Of a stretch of DNA of 19,072 nucleotides, positions 15,591 through 19,072 are shown one piece after another (the first letter of the stretch is position 1; every line of letters begins with the position of its first letter). Made by a program: the position numbers and the translations under genes. A model generated the notes under the pieces. The model ran no database searches, was not told the origin of the DNA, and was given only the letters and a program-made list of their open reading frames with translations. Origin of the DNA: Armatimonadota bacterium. GTDB lineage: Bacteria; Sysuimicrobiota; Sysuimicrobiia; Sysuimicrobiales; Humicultoraceae. The stretch is taken from contig JBBIJB010000046.1 of assembly GCA_037446215.1 (NCBI GenBank), positions 1 through 19,072 on the forward strand. The letters are read 5' to 3'.

Positions 15591-16505
15591 GTGAGCCACG
15601 GTACGCGCGCAGCGGGCGGGCCGCCCAGGTGGCTGATCCGCGCTGCCTTGATCCTGATCATGGTGGGCGCGATCGCGGGCAGCGTAGAGGCTCAGCCCGC
15701 TGCCGCTGAGATGCTTGAGGCCTGCAAGGCCGCGATCGACGAGCCGAACGTCGCCGCCGCCGTGGAGGCGTGCCAGAAGGCTATCGCGGCCGATCCTGCG
15801 CTGATCGAAGCGTACGTGGTGCTGGGAAGGCTCTGGGTGAACGTCATGGAGTACCGCCTGGCCGTGGAGCTGCTGCGGGAGGCGAAGCACCGGGCACCCA
15901 GCAACCATGAGGTTCGACTCTGGCTGGTCTCCGGGCTGTTCTACTGGGAACGGTGCGGCGAGGCCGTAGCCGAGGGCGAGGAGGCGCTGACTGGCACCCG
16001 CTTCCCGGCCGAGGAGCGGGCGACGGTCCTCTACTTCGTCGGTAAGTGCCTCCACGACCTTGGCAGGCATCAGCCCGCGATGCATGCCCTCGAGCAGGCC
16101 GCCGCGATCGAGCTCACCGCCCGGCCCGCCCTCTTCGAGCGCGACGACCTGTCGAGACACATCGATCAGGCCCTCATCCTCGCCTACCAGGGTCACCTCG
16201 CGCTGGCCCCGGGCGATCACGAGGTCAGGTTCCGCCTCGTCAAGGTCCTCCTGCGCCGGAAGGACACCCTGGGCTCGTTGCGGGGGCTCGAGACGATAGT
16301 CTCGGGCCGGCCCGCCTGGGCAGAGCCCTACTACTGGCTCGGGTTGGTCCATCTGGAGCTCGCCCGTGCGAGCCGCAACGCGGAGCTGATGAGGTCTCAC
16401 TACGCGGCCGCGCTCCGAGCGCTTGAAACCTACCTGCGGCTGGACGCCCAGGGCCGGCACGCGGAGGAGGCCGGCTACCTGCTACTCGGGATTCCGCGCC
16501 CGTAG
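15591..16505 (+). CDS. Exported tetratricopeptide-repeat protein
   Basis: GTG at 15591 after AGGAGAGG. Signal peptide ending VEA-Q. TPR-like units KAIAADPALIEAYVVLG, YFVGKCL..LG, PAWAEPYYWLGLV. Confidence 0.8.
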   Translation: MSHGTRAAGGPPRWLIRAALILIMVGAIAGSVEAQPAAAEMLEACKAAIDEPNVAAAVEACQKAIAADPALIEAYVVLGRLWVNVMEYRLAVELLREAKHRAPSNHEVRLWLVSGLFYWERCGEAVAEGEEALTGTRFPAEERATVLYFVGKCLHDLGRHQPAMHALEQAAAIELTARPALFERDDLSRHIDQALILAYQGHLALAPGDHEVRFRLVKVLLRRKDTLGSLRGLETIVSGRPAWAEPYYWLGLVHLELARASRNAELMRSHYAAALRALETYLRLDAQGRHAEEAGYLLLGIPRP

Positions 16506-16522
16506 GCGTTGCGCTGCCTCGC

Positions 16523-17077
16523 TCAATACCCTCCTATCCGCCTCCCCGCCCGCAGCCGCCTGGCCAGGTCGACCAGCAGCCTCACATCCTCCTCGGGCAG
16601 ACCCCTCGCGGCCCTGATCAGCTCCCAGACCAGCCCCTCTTGCCCCTCCTCCTGCTCCTCGGGCGGGCCGGGCTGGGGCTTGGCCCTTCTCACCGCCATG
16701 AAGGCATCGATCTTGCCGCGCAACAGCTCGGCCGCAGGGGGACGGTAGCGCGGCGCCCTGGGCGCATCCTCCTGGGCCTCTGCTGCCATCCGCAGCGCCA
16801 CCCCCTCTTCCTCCTCGACCTTTGCCCGTTCGCCCTCCAGTGAGGTCATCGACTCGATGTACGCCAGCAGGGTGCTGGGTGACATCCCCAGCGCTTCGGC
16901 CAGCCGCGCCAGGACGTCCGTGGAGGGCCTCTTGAGCCCCCGCTCCAGCTCCGACAGGTAGGAAGGCGAGATCCCGGCTCGCTCGGCCAGGTCGGTCAGG
17001 GTCACCCCGAGGTCGTCCCGCAGCCGGCGCAGCGGGGTCCCGTACTCAAGCCCTGTCTCCTTCGGATTCTCCCCCAC
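16523..17077 (-). CDS. XRE-family HTH transcriptional regulator
   Basis: LRRLR...GVTLTDLAERAGISPSYLSELERGLKRPS..VLARLAEALG, with a C-terminal LPEEDVRLLVDLARRL helix. Confidence 0.9.
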   Translation of the reverse strand: MGENPKETGLEYGTPLRRLRDDLGVTLTDLAERAGISPSYLSELERGLKRPSTDVLARLAEALGMSPSTLLAYIESMTSLEGERAKVEEEEGVALRMAAEAQEDAPRAPRYRPPAAELLRGKIDAFMAVRRAKPQPGPPEEQEEGQEGLVWELIRAARGLPEEDVRLLVDLARRLRAGRRIGGY

Positions 17078-17256
17078 GACTCACCCCCTGGCCTTCGCCC
17101 GTCCCTCGTCTCTGAGGCAATTTCCCGCACCGGCGGGTATTCCTCCTCGGATCTCCTGCGGAGCGGTCATGCGGGATCAGGCCTGTAATGGGCGGACTCC
17201 CAACCGCCAGCACGAGCCCGGAGGATTGTCGCACCGGCCGACCGAAGGCATTCAAG

Positions 17257-17832
17257 ATGGGTGTCGCGGCAGCCCTCTTCTCGGCTCTCCTGACGGCGGC
17301 GTCCCTGGCCGGCATGCAGGACGGCCAGACCCCGGCCGCGGCTCCCTGCGTCAGCCCTCCGCGCCCGGCGGCGCTGGCTGCGGGTACCGTGGTGCGCGTT
17401 GTTGACGGAGACACCATCCACGTCCTGACCGGGGGCGCTGTAAGAAGGGTGCGGCTGCTCGGAGTCGACACACCCGAACTGCACCCGGGCGACAAGCTGA
17501 ACAGGGACGCCCGGAGGTCGGGAGAGTCCAGGGCGGCCATCCAGGCGATGGGCAGCCTGGCCGCGGCCTTCACGAGGCGGCACCTGGACGGCAGGTCCGT
17601 GGGGCTCGAGACGGACGTCCAGACACTGGACCGATACGGGCGGCTCCTGGCGTATGTCTGGCTGCCGGACGGGAGCCTGTTCAATGTGCTCGTAGTCCGC
17701 GAGGGCTACGCGCAGGTAATGACGGTGCCCCCCAACGTCCGGTACACGGGCCTGCTCGTAACCTGCCAGCGCCTGGCCAGGACCGCGCACAGGGGCCTGT
17801 GGGCACTCCGCTGGCCCGGCGGTAACTACTAG
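17257..17832 (+). CDS. Thermonuclease (SNase family), exported
   Basis: RVVDGDT, RVRLLGVDTPE, DRYGRLLAYV, EGYA, RGLW and a hydrophobic N-terminus. Start is 17257 or 17188. Confidence 0.92.
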   Translation: MGVAAALFSALLTAASLAGMQDGQTPAAAPCVSPPRPAALAAGTVVRVVDGDTIHVLTGGAVRRVRLLGVDTPELHPGDKLNRDARRSGESRAAIQAMGSLAAAFTRRHLDGRSVGLETDVQTLDRYGRLLAYVWLPDGSLFNVLVVREGYAQVMTVPPNVRYTGLLVTCQRLARTAHRGLWALRWPGGNY

Positions 17833-17861
17833 GCAAGCCCCCCCTTTCTTTCGCTATAGTC

Positions 17862-17890
17862 TTGACAAGATTCGCTATTGTGGGTATACT
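17862..17890 (+). promoter_or_regulatory. Near-consensus sigma70 promoter
   Basis: TTGACA, 17 nt, TATACT. The -35 lies inside the inverted repeat TCTTG-A-CAAGA. Confidence 0.8.
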
Positions 17891-18141
17891 ATGCTTACGT
17901 GGATCGCGCTGGGTAGAGAGGAAAAGATGCTTCTCTATGCGCCTATTGCCCTTGTTGCCGGCCCTCTTCGCTAGAGAGGGTTGTTCGCTCTGGCGAACTA
18001 CAATCCTTCTTCGATTCCGTCGCGTTGGGCCAGGAGGGGATAGGGGCGGAGCCAACGGATGGCCCAGTCGATTGTCCGGTTCACACGGCGCGCGGCACTG
18101 GTTCGAAGCAGTCACCAAGACCAACTGAGGGGGAGTGAGAG

Positions 18142-18804
18142 GTGGACAGCGACTACACGCACATCAGCATCATCCTCGACCGCACCGGGTCGATGGAGAG
18201 CATCAGGGACGACACGATCGGCGGCTTCAACGCCTTCCTGGGCGAGCAGAAGAAGAGGCCCGAGAGGGCGACGCTGACCCTCGTCCAGTTCGACACGCAG
18301 GACCCCTACGAGGTCATCCACCAGTTCAGGCCGATCGCGGAGATCCCGGAGCTCACCCGCGAGGCCTACGTTCCCCGCGCGTCGACGCCCTTGCTGGATG
18401 CCATCGGGCAGGGCATCAACGACCTCGAGCAGCGGATCGCCGGCATGAGCCAGCCCGAGAGGCCGTCGCAGGTCGTCATGGTGGTCGTCACCGACGGCCA
18501 GGAGAACTCGAGCCGCGAGTTCCGCATGGGCCAGATCACCAGGATGATCCGCGAGAAGCAGGATCTGAACGGCTGGCAGTTCGTCTTCCTCAGCGCGGAC
18601 CTGGCCGCGATAGAGGACGCGATGGCGGTCGGATTCAAGCAGGCGTCCACGCTCGCCTTCGACAAGACCGCCAAGGGAACCGCGGCGGCCTGGGCGGCGA
18701 TGTCCACCGGCATCTCGGGCTACCGGAGCCGTGGTGTAGACGACGTGAAGTTCACCGAAGAGGACCGCAAGGAGGCAGAGGCCGAGGGCAAGAGGAAGAA
18801 GTAA
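18142..18804 (+). CDS. Stand-alone von Willebrand factor A (vWA) domain protein
   Basis: MIDAS-like ILDRTGSM, TIGGFNAFL, TLVQFD, STPLLDAIG, VVTDGQENSSRE, WQFVFL. SD GGGGGAG. Confidence 0.9.
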   Translation: MDSDYTHISIILDRTGSMESIRDDTIGGFNAFLGEQKKRPERATLTLVQFDTQDPYEVIHQFRPIAEIPELTREAYVPRASTPLLDAIGQGINDLEQRIAGMSQPERPSQVVMVVVTDGQENSSREFRMGQITRMIREKQDLNGWQFVFLSADLAAIEDAMAVGFKQASTLAFDKTAKGTAAAWAAMSTGISGYRSRGVDDVKFTEEDRKEAEAEGKRKK

Positions 18805-18840
18805 CTGCCCGGCGGCTCCTCCTCACGCATATGACACGAA

Positions 18841-18866
18841 CCCGGCCCCCGATAGCGGGGGCCGGG
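18841..18866 (+). terminator. GC hairpin after the vWA gene
   Basis: CCCGGCCCCCG-ATAG-CGGGGGCCGGG, with no clear U-tract. Confidence 0.5.
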
Positions 18867-18962
18867 GGTATGGTGAGCGCTCCCAACCTTTCCCCTTGGG
18901 GTTCAGCCCAGGAGGCCGGTCTCGTCGCCTCTGTGTAGGTTCAGATAGATCCCGAACACCGT

Positions 18963-18992
18963 ATTGTACGGGCGCACCTGCCTCGGTACAAT
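18963..18992. promoter_or_regulatory. Symmetric promoter/operator element
   Basis: ATTGTAC-N16-GTACAAT reads TTGTAC-N17-TACAAT on both strands. Confidence 0.6.
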
Positions 18993-19014
18993 CCCTTGCA
19001 GACGGGAGTCAGAC

Positions 19015-19072
19015 GTGGCCCGTCCCAGATGCATGGACACGCTGGAGCTGGTCCGACTGAATCTGCTGTCGC
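19015..19072 (+). CDS. 5' start of a gene leaving the window
   Basis: SD GGGAG (19004-19008), then GTG: MARPRCMDTLELVRLNLLS, open to the window end. Confidence 0.45.
   Translation, partial: MARPRCMDTLELVRLNLLS

Noticed and set aside
18075..18117. tRNA-like GGTTCGAA...CACCA
   Set aside because: The T-stem does not pair in the canonical register, and no acceptor, D or anticodon arms were found.
17862..18128. 88-aa ORF starting at TTG 17862
   Set aside because: Its start codon is the -35 hexamer, it has no SD and its codon usage is atypical.

Overview
GC-rich (about 70% by eye) bacterial chromosomal window, mostly metabolic and accessory genes. The centrepiece is a minus-strand operon of FadR/GntR regulator, glycyl-radical activating enzyme, trans-4-hydroxy-L-proline dehydratase (HypD) and a family-5 solute-binding protein. 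It converges on an enolase-superfamily gene resembling cis-3-hydroxy-L-proline dehydratase, and there is no proC in the window. To the left are a URO-D-like gene and three exported proteins (HEXXH peptidase-like, peptide SBP, carboxypeptidase-regulatory-like). To the right are a cold-shock gene, a saccharopine/lysine dehydrogenase-like gene, a decayed RidA gene, a Cys-rich protein with a degenerate HD domain, a small Cys/His-rich ORF, a TPR protein, an XRE regulator, a thermonuclease and a stand-alone vWA protein. Two genes are split by single-base losses in G/C runs, probably sequencing artefacts. The least explained signals are non-coding: a phased 17-bp tandem array behind a sigma70 promoter (5156-5240), a ~245-nt structured leader before the vWA gene, an FNR-type box in class II position, and a symmetric two-way promoter (18963-18992). 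No tRNA, rRNA, CRISPR array or transposase was seen. All family calls come from motif recognition, not database searches.
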